Shown in pieces: positions 1 through 12,600 of a stretch of 64,000 bases of DNA; the first letter of the stretch is position 1, and each line of letters begins with the position of its first letter. Source of the stretch: Saprospiraceae bacterium (GTDB lineage: Bacteria; Bacteroidota; Bacteroidia; Chitinophagales; Saprospiraceae); the NCBI GenBank assembly GCA_016714895.1, contig JADKBV010000008.1, forward strand, positions 1,523 to 65,522, read 5' to 3'. Below the pieces are notes generated by a model. That model was not told the origin of the DNA. It was given only the letters and a program-made list of their open reading frames with translations, and ran no database searches. A program made the translations under genes and the position numbers.

Positions 1-3000
1 TAATATTTAAAAGACCAGAGCCGACTCCTTTCTCAAAATTAGTAGAAGCAACTGCTTCATCAATTTCTTTTTTTGTAAGAGGACCTTCAGGCACCCATAG
101 AGACTTACCTTTCGGTATGCTTAAATCTGAGAAGTAATATTTATGTTTGGAATATATCGTCCAAACAGCATCAGCTCGATTATATGTATTGGAATTAATT
201 GGCCAAGCTTCTGATATTTGAATTTATTGCATTATCTTTAAGTACGGGGTCACCATAATCACGTTTAAAACCTAATGCTAATGCTTTTCTGCAGGCAAAA
301 TCAGCTTCTTTAAACCAATTTAAGGCATCATTCAATTCCTCATAATAGGTTTCATGATATGCTTTTGGACCTTCAGTGGCTTCAAAATTTATTTTCGGAT
401 ATACGAAATGTTCATCTTGTCCATTTAAATTTGAGTAACCATATAAGTCATATTGATCGAATGCTTCTTTTCCGGTGACAAAAGTAACAGGCAAAGTATA
501 TCTTGGCTACATCAACACATTCATCACAAAAACCAAGGTCCATTGAATATTTTTCACCTTGCTTTATCACTTTAGGCACTAAATTTTGAATAAAAATTTG
601 TAGTTGAACTACCTTCACTTTTATAATCAGCCAATTTTGCTTGTAAGGTTTTATACATACTGGTTTGAAAATACCAGGAAGCGAGATCATGATCAATAGT
701 CTTTGTCATTTTAGATTCTAACAGATACTTATTTACTTTATAGGCTCCTTTTACTATTTCTGTTTCTTTGCTTCCAGTCCCACCTTCATTTGAAGCGAGA
801 TCAAAATTACCTAACTTAGATTTATCGATTGGTTTGCTTTTCGGATGTAATCTGGCTAAAAGCCTCAATCTGTAAATGGTCTTCCCTTTCAATTCATCAG
901 GTACAATAAAGTTCATTACGTTTTGTCCACCTGAGTGCAATTGAGTTTCGATTACTTTTCCTGAACCCATTTCAGTAAATTCCGCTAAGAATTCAGTTTT
1001 AGATTGATCAAAAGTTTCAGGATCACCAATATTTGATTTATTGAGTAAATATCCATAGTTTTGATGGTTTGAACAAAACCTTGATAATCATCTCCTTGAA
1101 GAAAATATCGTTGTCTTATGGTTGGATTTGAACTCGATCATTTGGACTGGCAGGTATACGGTCAGGTTTACCTTTTTTGTGGTAAATTCACCACATATGG
1201 CGGTTCATTTGATACAAGTTTGTCTTGTCCTGGCAAACCGCTCAAATCCATGCGTATAATGGTAAATTTTAGATCACTATTTTCAGGAAAAACTCATAAT
1301 TTTTTGTTGGAAATTTTGCTGAATATCCATCTTTAGTATAGATTGGTTCCGGCTCAAGTGGTACATTGACATTACCTTTTTTCAATTCTACTTTATGAAT
1401 TTTGTAATAATAAAACCTAGATGGCTCATCAGGAAACTCCTCATTAAATACCTTAAATACATCACGAGGATAATTAAATGCCACTCTTATGTCATCGAAA
1501 ACTTCCACAGGGTCATCACCAGAAGGATAGATTTCTGACACTATTGGAAGATCACTAAATGGATTAGAATTTTCATTACATTTTGCTTTTTTACCTACTT
1601 CAAATTTGACTTGTTTATCGACTTTTATCAGACCGCCAAGAACGGCAGCTTTTAATCGTAATGCAGCATATACATAATTTGGATTAGGAAATTGTGCATA
1701 TATCAGAGCTGCTACTTTTATGTCTATCAATTTAAAATCTCCTTCATAAATCCATAGGTTTAATCGCAATCCTGCTTCAACACTCAAATAAGCATAAGCT
1801 TGACCTTCTGCCCTCCAACCGTTGATACCTAAGTGCTCACAATCCCCGGAAAACTTTTTGGCCAACAACAAATCAAAACCCGCAAAAAATTCAATGTTTG
1901 CATAAAATATCAGCACATTAATGTCGATTTCTTTGTGAAATCCGGCACCAAAGGCAAATCCCGGTTTTTTATCATTAAATGTTGGATTGGGTTTTCTGGG
2001 ATCCTGAAACGAACCTCCATCCTGCATCCCCAGATTTGCGAGTAATTTTGCAGGTAATGGCGGTAACTCTGGCACGATAGAGCCCATCATGAAGTACAAG
2101 TTAAAGTCAGATTGGATTGGACCTAAAGATACTCCTACCAGTATTCTTTTTTCGTCATTCCAGGGTTCATAACTATTCGGGTTGGCGTATACGTCCCATT
2201 GCCCAAGGTATATAAACCATTCGTTTTTTGAGGCATGCATGACAATGTCTCCATTTCCATGAACAATACCATTTGCCACATTAACCTTTAGGTTGACACC
2301 CAGATCGAATGATTTATTTACAAAATCAATGACAATTTCAAAAGTTCCTGAAATAGCAGCCTCTTTACTTCTGGTATTTAAAGGTTGTACAAGATAACCT
2401 CCTCCGTTTAATCCCATTTTACTAATCCCATTACTTTTGTAAAAAGCCATCCAAAATGTCAAATCTCCATTGAAACTGCAATATCCAGATTTTCAATTGA
2501 TATACAATTCAAATTGGTTCTGTCATACACAAATCTCCGTTTTTGTGGATTGTATTTTGCGAAAATCGTAAAATCTGTGGATCCTTTCAAACCATTTGGA
2601 TTGTTTTTGCTTAAGGTAAACATCAAGCCCAGATTAAATCCTATTTCATTATTATCATTGTTTGTAAAACCAGGATTCCCGCTAAGTTTTATGGGAAATC
2701 CAGCCAATTTTCCTTGTTGATTAATGTTAGCTAATTCCATTGCTTGAATATTCAGCTGTGGTAAATCAGCATTGTTATTAAAAATGGAAAATCCTTGGAA
2801 ATTAATCGATGGTAAAGAAAAGCTTGAAACGTTATTGTTATTATTATCCTCAGGCTTTTTGGAACTTTTTTTATCCCAGCCAATTGAAATACTACCATGC
2901 AATAATGCATTAGGTTTGACTTTGTTTTCCTCAATAGTTACTCCAAAAGTCGATGATTCATGCAATGAAGCTGAAGCAAAAATCATATCGACATCAATTT

Positions 3001-5374
3001 TATCTTGGAGAACGATTCCAAATTTTACTTCCATATCTGAATTTTGGGTTCCGGGTACGTAAGTTGCGCTAAAACCGATACCAACTTCAGTAATCGGGAT
3101 ATTTACCGCCCCGGACATGCCCCCACCATGCAATTCACTTTTTCTGATATCTAAATCCAATTGGGTTATTGAAAAGCCCCAACCACCTAAACTACCATCA
3201 TCTAATTTGTCAATGATATTTTGGACAGCGACTTTTGACCAAAGACCTTCGCCATCAAGAACAATGCTGCTAATATCAACCTTAATGGCAGTTTCATCAG
3301 ACCTTTTCAGGTAATTTGGAAGACTTAAGGTAGGTTTTACCAACACTATTCCCGTCCAGAATTTTTCATTGGACTTTTTGCCATTGGATGGTTTTCAGGA
3401 AAGGTCATTGCCCTAGTGTTTTTGAGTTTTGAAAAATCTAGAATCATCTTTTCGAATCCCATTTTAAACCCATTTCCCTCTGTGGCAGTTACTGCAGAGT
3501 GAGATGCCTGAGCTTCCAATAACCAATCTTTGATACCCGATGCTGTTCCGTCAAAATTAGCTTTGAATTTAGTTGGTGCAGCGACAATTTTTAAATTATT
3601 ATCCAATGGTAAAACCAAATTTCTATCGAATTCTATACCTCCTTTGAGTTTAACTTCAGTGGTACCTTTACAATCAAACCTGACATAAGAACCACTTGCC
3701 CCACCATTTAAAACAAAGGCTAAGTTTTGACCGAGTTGGATAGCTAAATCGGAACCCAGGCTCATTTTAGCATCAGCTTCTGAAATTCCAAATCCATTAG
3801 GTCTGAGACAAACCCCCTTTCATTCCCATACTAAAATACTGTTGACCATCACCAACCGGAATTGGTGCTGAAAATGCAATATTTACATAAGCTGCCACAG
3901 GTGTAAATACCATACCTAAAACTGTCAATTCACCAGGCCCTAAATCTAATACAAAAGGCAGGGTTTTGGGCGCTTGATTCATATTAAAAAGGCTGACTTT
4001 TTTATTGTTTTGTTGAATGTGTTGATTTATGTTTTGCCAGTTTAAATTTTGGTCATTGTATATTCCCTGTATATCTTTGAGCATTTGGTCAGGAATTAAA
4101 CTTTGATTAGCTGATTTTGCCCAAATCATAGATGCACCACATATTTCACCATTGCCATTGATGACTAAATTTTGAAAACTTACCTCAACCTTGGTTTGCA
4201 TATGAGGAATTTCTATTTCACCATTTCCAACACCACCTTGAATATCAAGGACCTTCATTTTGAATTTGCCAATATTGACAAAACTTCACCCTGTAAAGGC
4301 GAAGAACTTCCACTACATGATGGTTCAACAATTTGACAAGCACTGAATCCAACATATCTGACTATCATTAGGGTCAGCAGGTGGATTGTTTCTCCACCGT
4401 CACCGCCACCTGACTTATCTTTTAGTTTATTTGGAAATACAAATTCTTTGGTTTTATCTGTATCTGTGTCCGGCAATACTATTCCCAAATCTGTTACTGT
4501 AAATAAATGTGCCTGACTTTTTCCTTCATTTTTATAAGATATTTTTCCCTCAGGATCATATGCTATAACCTGGACAGCATATTGTCTGTTTTTGAACAAC
4601 TTAGGTTTGCTCATATCATAGGGAAATGCTGTGGTAAAAATGTTAGATTGCTCGAAATATGGAGTAACTGACGGATTATTAAATGCATCATTTGGATTGA
4701 AAATGTTCAAAGATGTAATATCTGCTATTCTGAGCGTGTATTTTGTTTTCCGCTGATACCGCTTGGTGTCCACTGAAAGTTGACCAATTGGGGTAAAGGT
4801 GTTTTGATTTCTGCATTTTGTAAGGGAACAAGAATCAATGGAGGATCATATGAAGTTATATGGAATGATGCACATCCTCCCTGTACTTCCGGACAATATA
4901 TCTGCTCCTCCGTATCTTATGGCTTTGATACACAAGGTGTAGGTTCCTTCAGGTAGTACACCGGTGGTTTCAATGATACTGACAGGAATACCTTGGGTTG
5001 TAATATCATTACGCTGAAGATTATTATTAAAAACACGCAATTGGTTGAATGTAAATGTTCTCGTTTCACCAGGACCCAAAATGATCGGTGAGGATGGTAA
5101 AAAAGCTTCCCTGACCCTGACCATTACTCCGTTATGGCCGGTAAGTGTTGGAATGAGTTTACATTGTTGCATGGTTTGACTGATATTAGTCATGTTGATG
5201 ACCACATTATTTCCTTTTGTTCATGTAGTCTTCAAGTTTATTTGAGTAGGGTGGGGTTATAATAACCTGAACATTGATTGACTGGGTTTTTAAAGGAGTA
5301 ACGAACCCCGATAAAATCAGTAAACCAATCAGAAAGAAAAAATTTAACAGATTTATTTTTACAAAATGATTCAT
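1..5374 (-). pseudogene. Giant secreted protein of unknown function. At least 1790 codons lie in the window and the 3' end lies beyond position 1. The reading frame is broken at 12 or more places.
   Basis: Nine same-strand track ORFs (5207-5419, 4846-5205, 4255-4773, 3797-4258, 3346-3765, 2459-3346, 1269-2462, 572-970, 195-494) abut or overlap by 1-4 nt. Hand translation shows protein-like sequence continuing in another frame at each junction I checked. Only the first piece has a signal peptide (MNHFVKINLLNFFFLIGLLILSGF, ATG at 5374). The frame stays open through position 1. Confidence 0.6.
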
Positions 5375-5800
5375 TTGCCGTATGATTTTAAATGATGGTG
5401 CAAAAATCCGGCAAATCAAAACTTCTAAGGTTTAAGCATATTACAAAAAGTGTAAAAAGTGTAAAAATTATGATTAATTGGGTTGAAGAAGTCAGCAATG
5501 AATCAGATTCATCCCGGAAATTTTCGGGACGATTTGCCCTCAATCTCGTCTTAGGGATGAAACAGGATAACAAAAAAAGTAAAATAGAAAATCTAAGATG
5601 CATTAAATTTTTAAGTTTTACCATAAAGACAGCGTACCCCACAGTGTAAAAATTTTCCACATGCTCCGTTGATTATTAATAATTATTTTGTTTTTTTGGC
5701 AGACCTTGCTTATATTTAGTCCGGCAATTTTTTCAAAATACTTGAATAAAGAATTTTATATTCCTGAATCAACCGTTATTCGGTTTTTTGAATATTTGTG

Positions 5801-7746
5801 TTAATTAAAAACATCCATCGGACCGAAAACCGCAACAAAAGGGTCAAAAACAGGATAATCCCTTACATTGAAGTTTTGTTTGGTTTGTAACCATTGACCT
5901 GCATTTTCAATCATAACAGATATTCTGAAACTTTTGACCCGGGCATTAAGGACCAGGTCCAGCTCCGGGAAAAGAGGCAGATTGACCGTCTCATCCGAAA
6001 AAAACTGACCGTGTAAAACACTATATCCCACACCTGTATATTGCGGTATGATCCTTGCATCGACACCGGCACTCAGTAAAAGTGCTTTTTTGAATATTCT
6101 GAAGTCAACGTACAATTGATGACTGCTGTACCATTCAGGCAGATTGTAGAGATTTTCTGAAAAGACCTGTAAAAAAATACCGTTGTTAAAATGTATATTT
6201 TTGATGGAAATATTTTGTTTGATTTGTAAAGAAGTATAAGAAAGTACGTCTGAAGACTGAAAACTTTCAATATCTGTTTTACCTGTAGGTATATCAACCA
6301 GCCGCCAGTATACCGGATTGGTGATAGGGATTGCACCGCAGTAATACTGGTTTGGGTCAGCGGAATATCCAAGGTTCCGGAAAAGGTGGTACCAAAAGAC
6401 TTCAACCAGTTTTTTCGGAAAAGTTCCACATTGTTGACTACAAGTACTTGTGACGCATATGATGGTTCTGATAGAAAAAATTCTGCTTCTGCCTTTAGTC
6501 TTGCCCATTTTTTTACACTCAGATTCAGCGATCCGGAAGTTTTAAAGTTTCCGGCATTTTCAGCCAGTCCCAAGGCTCCTTTTGTTTGTAATTGTAATAC
6601 TTTGAAAAAAGGGATGGAACCGGAAAAAACGGCAGTCAGATCCGTCCTGTTTTGGCCAAAACCATCATTTTTGATCGTAAAGTAGTCAAACTGCAAACCA
6701 ATTTTCCCATCTAATCCTGAAGAATCTTTTCCACCTAATAAAATATCTGCTCTTGAGTACTGTATGTCCAAAAATCTTCTCAACCCTCTTTGATCAATAA
6801 AGTTGCGACCATAATATCCTGTGGTGTCACTATGGTTGGAAAGATGAGAAAATTTGTAATAAGAGGGTGTATAAGAAATATTATTTTGAACAAAAAGATT
6901 CCATCTGGAAGAACCGGCCAGCGTAACATATTGGGAAATGGCATAAGTTCGTTCCTGATGTCTGGTTTTGGCCTGGTTGATATTGGTGGTGATTACTCTT
7001 CTGAGCGGTTGTGTATCTGCTGCGGTTACGTCAAATATTCCTCCGTTGTTTTCTTCATCCTGCGCATGCTGAATGATTAAAGCCAGTAAAGTGTATTTTT
7101 TTGAAGCATACTTCAAACCAACTGTCAGATTGGTGGATTTAAGGGCATGAGACAAATAAAATCCCTGTTCGTTGACTCTGAAATAATCAATACTGAATGA
7201 AAAACCTTTTTGAAAAGGAATCGAGACCCGCGCTCCTGCCGAAAAGTTTAATTGGTTTGAAAATTGCGAAAAATAAACGTCTGTTTGTGGCCTGGACGAA
7301 GTATAAAATTTGGCATTGTCCAAAGAATGCCTGTAAACATCATATTGCCGGTATCCGTGAAAAAACTGTACATTTTTTTCCGGAGAAAACAGAAGTCTGT
7401 TGGCTGCAGAAAATGTATTTCCAAGGGTAATATGTTCTGAACCCATTATTTTTGTCGGATCCACGCGTGTAAAATGGTGGTGTAATGTAGTATCGTGAAG
7501 GGAAATCGTAACATCTTTTTCCAACGGATGAAAATAAGAAAAACCGGATAATCCCGACGTTTTGTCTCCGGTTGTCAAACTGTCCTCTCTCACGATAAAC
7601 CCTGACGATTGCTGACTTGTCAGCAAATTTGGATAAACCAGCATGATTAAGAACAACCCCCGCATGTAAAACTTTACCGCTTGCTGATTGTAAAAAAATG
7701 GAATATAGGATAAAAACAATACAAAATCTTTGCGCAAAAATACCAT
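5801..7746 (-). pseudogene. Outer-membrane putative porin (about 648 codons) with a single frameshift
   Basis: Track ORFs 6073-7746 and 5801-6508 overlap in different frames. The sequence continues ...VNNVELF.KK / LVEVFWYHLFRNLGYSADP across a T6 run at 6410-6415. It has a hydrophobic N-terminus and a long alternating beta-strand-like pattern. The link to the Bacteroidota putative-porin family is from memory only. Confidence 0.5.
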
Positions 7747-8084
7747 TATAAAGTATTCAACGATGTTAAAAAAGATTTAAAATAATTTTTACTGAAAAAT
7801 TTGTCTTAAATATCTGCCATAATAGTTGTTTAATAGTCTTTGTAGGCATGCATATAATGTTCTATTTTTTAATTAAATGAACATATAAATATTCTATATT
7901 TGTGTTATAATTATAGGATAAATCTGTTGAATTCAAAATTATATTTGTCATTTAAACAGCTTTTTAAAGATTCATTGAAATTATATTTTTTATGAATATG
8001 ATGTCCGAAAAATCATTTTTATTTAGATGTATTCTAAATAAATCAATTCTTTCACAAAAACCTTCATTTAATCAAAGACTGTAG

Positions 8085-8092
8085 TATTTTTG
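8085..8092 (+). promoter_or_regulatory. Candidate Bacteroidota -7 promoter box (TATTTTTG) for the ACIII/cox block
   Basis: It matches TAnnTTTG about 70 nt upstream of the actA ATG, inside an AT-rich 380-nt divergent intergenic region. Confidence 0.35.
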
Positions 8093-8163
8093 TGCTCAAA
8101 TTTTAAGAAAATATTCACATTTACGTGTTTAAAATAAATATCAAATCTCAAACATCTTCGACG

Positions 8164-9567
8164 ATGATGTACAAACATCTGAAATTCAGCTTATATCTGG
8201 CCATCTTTTCTTTGATTACGATATCATCACTTCGTGCTCAAGTCAGTCCTGACGCAGGAAAAGAATTATTTAAGAGTTATTGTGCGGCTTGTCATGCCAA
8301 AGACATGAGGTCAGCCGCCACAGGTCCGGCACTTGGTGGTTCTCAACAGCGATGGGGAGATGACGCCGCTTTGTATGCCTGGATCAGAAACTCTCAGGCA
8401 TTGATTGCAGACGGACACCCAAGGGCTGTCGAATTATGGAATCAATACAAGCCGACAGTGATGACAGCATTCCCGAATCTGACAGATGATGAGATAGGAA
8501 GTATGCTTGCATATATAAATGGTGTATATGACGGTACCTACGGTGCTGCTCCTCAGGCTGCAGGTCAGGAAACCAAAGGACCGGTAGAAAAGAAGAGCAA
8601 TCTGCCTATGTATATTATCATAGCAGTTATTCTTGCAGCGTTGGCCTTATTGTTGACAAAAATTATTCTTAACCTTCGCCATATCGTAGCTGCCAAGGAA
8701 GGGGAAGATTATGAAAAGAAAACCCTTTGGCAAATTATGTCATCAAAAGGTGTGGTTACTTTTCTCATTTTTTCAGCAGTGATTTTAGGTTCTTATACAA
8801 CCGTAAATAATGCAACTAATTTAGGAAGACAGGAAGGGTATTCACCTGATCAGCCTATCAAGTTTTCTCATGAAACACATGCCGGACTGCACAAAATTGA
8901 TTGTCAGTATTGCCATGATACGGCAAGAAAATCAAAACACTCAAGTATTCCAAGTGCAAATACCTGTATGAATTGTCACAAAGCGATTAAAGTTGGTTCT
9001 AAATACGGTACCGCAGAAATCACCAAAATTTTTGCTTCTATAGGATACGATCCCACAACCAACACGTATGTGGAGAATTATGAGTCCAAAACAGAAGAAG
9101 AGATTAAAGCCATTTACACAAAATGGATGGGTGATCAGTACAAAGTAGCAAAAGAATTAGCCGACTTGGATAAAGAAGGGGTTAAACTTGTTGAAAAACA
9201 ATGGAAAGACATCGTCAAATCCCTTACGAACGAACAGAAAAAAAATATTCAGGGTCCTATAGAATGGACCAGAATACATAATCTTCCTGATCATGTATAT
9301 TTCAATCACGCTCAACACGTTACGGTTGGAAAGGTAGAATGTCAGACTTGTCATGGTCCGGTAGAAACTATGGAAGTTTTGGCGCAGGCATCTCCTCTTT
9401 CTATGGGATGGTGTATCAATTGCCACAGACAAACAGAAGTTAAATTTTTAGACAACCCATATTATGCTGATTACGCAAGATACCATGAAGAGTTGGCTTC
9501 AGGTAAAAGAACCAAAGTAACCGTAGCGGATATCGGAGGTTTGGAATGTCAGAAATGTCATTATTAA
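8164..9567 (+). CDS. actA: Alternative Complex III subunit ActA: multiheme cytochrome c with an extra N-terminal class-I cytochrome c domain (six CXXCH motifs)
   Basis: CXXCH motifs are CAACH, CQYCH, CMNCH, CQTCH, CINCH and CQKCH. The signal peptide is MMYKHLKFSLYLAIFSLITISSLRAQ. Two hydrophobic segments separate the first heme domain from the pentaheme part. The track ORF opens at GTG 8125; ATG 8164 fits the signal peptide better. Confidence 0.9.
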   Translation: MMYKHLKFSLYLAIFSLITISSLRAQVSPDAGKELFKSYCAACHAKDMRSAATGPALGGSQQRWGDDAALYAWIRNSQALIADGHPRAVELWNQYKPTVMTAFPNLTDDEIGSMLAYINGVYDGTYGAAPQAAGQETKGPVEKKSNLPMYIIIAVILAALALLLTKIILNLRHIVAAKEGEDYEKKTLWQIMSSKGVVTFLIFSAVILGSYTTVNNATNLGRQEGYSPDQPIKFSHETHAGLHKIDCQYCHDTARKSKHSSIPSANTCMNCHKAIKVGSKYGTAEITKIFASIGYDPTTNTYVENYESKTEEEIKAIYTKWMGDQYKVAKELADLDKEGVKLVEKQWKDIVKSLTNEQKKNIQGPIEWTRIHNLPDHVYFNHAQHVTVGKVECQTCHGPVETMEVLAQASPLSMGWCINCHRQTEVKFLDNPYYADYARYHEELASGKRTKVTVADIGGLECQKCHY

Positions 9568-9607
9568 TCAGGATTCATCTATTGCATCATATAATTTATA
9601 AGATATA

Positions 9608-12600
9608 ATGAAACAACCCATAGACAATATTTGGATAGGCCAAAAGGATTTGGAACAAGATATCGAATTCTTAAAAGAAGCTACCCAGGAAGTTTCGCCT
9701 TCAGCACTTACAACAGGTGAAATGACAGAACACTTGTCAGGTAACAGAAGAGATTTTCTTAAATTCCTGGGTTTCGGACTTGGTGCTGCAACAGTGGCTG
9801 CAGGATGTGATATTCCTGTAAAAAGAGCCATTCCTTATGTAGTTAAACCTGAAGAAATCGTCCCGGGCGTAGCTAATTATTATGCTTCGACCTTCGTAAA
9901 TGGTGGCGACTATTGTTCGATTCTCGTAAAAACACGTGAAGGTCGTCCGATCAAAATAGAAGGTAATGATTTATCTCCAGTAACAAAAGGGGGTACTTCG
10001 GCCAGAGCACAAGCTGCCGTTTTGAGTTTGTATGATACCCACAGGATTTCAGGCCCGAAAATGAAATCTGACAAAGGTTGGAATGATACCTCCTGGGAAG
10101 ATCTGGACAAAATGGTCATGACCACAATTCAGGCATCTTCCAATATCCGAATCATCGGGAATACCAATATGAGCCCGAGTTCCAACAAAACATTGGCAGA
10201 GTTTACAGCAAAATATCCTAATGCCAAAGTAGTAACGTATGATCCGGTATCCTACAGTGCTATTCTGGAAGCAAATAGTTTAAACTTTGGTAAAAAGTCA
10301 CTTCCTTCTTACCATTTTGATAAAGCAAATGTCATTGTCTCTTTTAACGCAGACTTTTTAGGAACCTGGATTTCCCCGATAGAATTTGCGGGTGACTACA
10401 TCAAAAACAGAAAAATTGATGACGTTACCAAAGCAAAAATGTCCAGACACATTCAGGTTGAAAGTCATATGTCACTGACCGGTTCAAATGCTGACAACAG
10501 GATTTTGGTTAAACCATCAGAACAAGGAGTAGCTATAGCGGCATTATATAATAGTATTGTAGGCGGTAGTATGTCGACTTCAGGTCTGAATGATAAAGCG
10601 AAAAAAGCATTATCGAAAATTGCCGAAGAGCTAAAAGCTGCTCAGGGTGCTGCACTTGTGGTTTCATCCTCAAATGTAGTAGCTGAACAATTGATGGTAA
10701 ATGCCATCAACAATGTATTGGGAAGTTACGGTACCACCATCAACATGGGTGTGACATCTCAACAAGCTCAGGGAAGCGATGCTGACTTTGCAGCACTGGT
10801 CAATGAAATGAAAGCGGGAAGTGTGGACATGGTCATTATTATGAATGCCAATCCGGTTTATGATGCGCCTATGGCATCTGCTTTCTCCGCAGCCTTTGGA
10901 AAAGTCAAAAATAAGTTGTCCTTCAACACAACCGTTGATGAAACAACAGATAAATGTGATATCATAGCTCCAAACCACCATTTTCTGGAAAGCTGGGGAG
11001 ATGTGGAAGTTAAACAAGGCCACTATACCTTGATTCAACCGACCATTGCTCCTTTATTTAATACAAGACAAGCTGAATTGTCGTTATTAAAATGGTCAGA
11101 AAGTGCTTCTGTTGATTTTACAAATCCGCAACCATATTACGAATATGTAAAAAATAATTGGAAAAATACCGTTTTTGCAAATCAAAGTGCGGTATCCTCC
11201 TTCACAACATTCTGGGATTCTTGTGTACATGATGGCGTGTTTAACAGTGCCGGTACATCATCTTCTTCTTTCACATCAGTCAACATCCCTTCAGATTACA
11301 CCAAACCTTCAGGAAAAGAACTGGAAATTTCATTTTACGAAACAGTACAGTTAGGAAACGGTCAATATGCCGGAAATCCTTGGTTGATGGAAATGCCTGA
11401 TCCTGTTAACCGGACCAACTGGGGCAACTATCTGGCAGTTCCTGTCAATTTTGATGGTGTGAGTAAGATGGTTGGTTTTCAGAATCTTAAGGATGGAGAA
11501 TTGGTTGAATTGACAATCGGTGATTCAAAATATACTGTGCCTGTCATTCAGCAATTCGGCCAGATGCCCGGAACAGTAGCAATAGCTTTGGGCTATGGCA
11601 GAACGCATGCCGGAATCACAGGTCAAAATGTTGGTATTAATGTAAACAATGACCTTACTTATGTTAACGGGTATCGTCAAAACTATAGCAGTAATGTTGC
11701 CGTAAGCACAAAAATAGGTAAAGAAAAAGACTTTTCTTGTGTTCAGTATCACCATACCATAGGTGTAAAAGCAGTGGATACGGAATCCGGAAAAGAAATC
11801 AACGCAGACGAAGCAGCATTGGTGTTTTTTGATTATTTCACCGGAGCAAAAGGATTTCAGGGAGCATTGACTGATAGATCTGTGGTGTATACCGCGCATG
11901 TTAATGACCTGAAAAACAGTATTGAGGGTCTGACCAAAAAGCGAAAACATGCCCAGCACCTGAATGAACAACAGATTTACGCTGGGTTTGACCACAATTA
12001 TAAATTGGGACATCACTGGGGAATGCACGTTGATCTCAATGCCTGTATAGGATGCGGCGCTTGTACTGTCGCTTGTATGGCTGAAAATAATGTACCTGTC
12101 GTTGGTAAACATGAGGTTGCTATCCACCATGAGATGGCCTGGTTAAGAATTGACAGATATTATTACGGAGATATTGAAAGTCCTAATACGATCTACCAAC
12201 CAATGATGTGTCAGCATTGTGATAATGCTCCATGTGAGAATGTTTGTCCGGTAAATGCTTCCAACCACTCTTCAGAGGGATTAAACCAAATGGCATACAA
12301 CAGATGTATTGGTACAAGATATTGTGCAAACAACTGTCCTTATAAAGTAAGAAGATTTAACTGGTTGGATTACACAACAGCAGACATCTTCCCGGGTAAT
12401 CAGCCAAAACTTGCTGATGAAAATATTCCTTTCGGGGCAGACAATCTTACCAGAATGGTACTCAACCCTGATGTAACAGTCAGATCAAGAGGAGTTATTG
12501 AAAAATGTAGTTTCTGTGTTCAAAGAATTCAGGAAGGTAAATTGGCTGCTAAAGTTGAAGGCAGAGAATTGATGGATGCAGATGTCAAAACAGCTTGTCA

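Noticed and set aside
4846-4848. An in-frame TGA joins ORF 4846-5205 to ORF 4255-4773. It could be selenocysteine, read-through or a simple nonsense mutation.
   Set aside because: The in-frame text between them (SSIDSCSLTKCRNQNTFTPIGQLS) looks poor. A different frame gives convincing protein text (YDPPLILVPLQNAEIKTPLPQLVNFQWTPSGISGKQN) that links the two ORFs. Two frame hops explain the junction better than recoding does.
5388-5660. A pair of overlapping ORFs (5388-5660 minus, 5392-5649 plus) in the spacer between the porin and the giant gene.
   Set aside because: They are mirror images of each other in AT-rich promoter-like sequence. They have no signal or motif and are low-complexity.
7927-7936. 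The perfect palindrome TTGAATTCAA in the actA upstream region, as an FNR/CRP-type site.
   Set aside because: It does not fit TTGAT-N4-ATCAA spacing. A 10-nt AT-rich palindrome is expected by chance in a 380-nt AT-rich spacer.
9568-12130. Antisense ORFs inside actB (9568-9831, 9910-10125, 10670-11038, 11525-12130).
   Set aside because: They lie opposite a strongly supported 1055-aa gene, and their translations are Cys/His/Ile-rich with no motifs. The same applies to the many short ORFs opposite or out of frame with mnmG, rocD, sucC, the S8 peptidase and the 945-aa gene.
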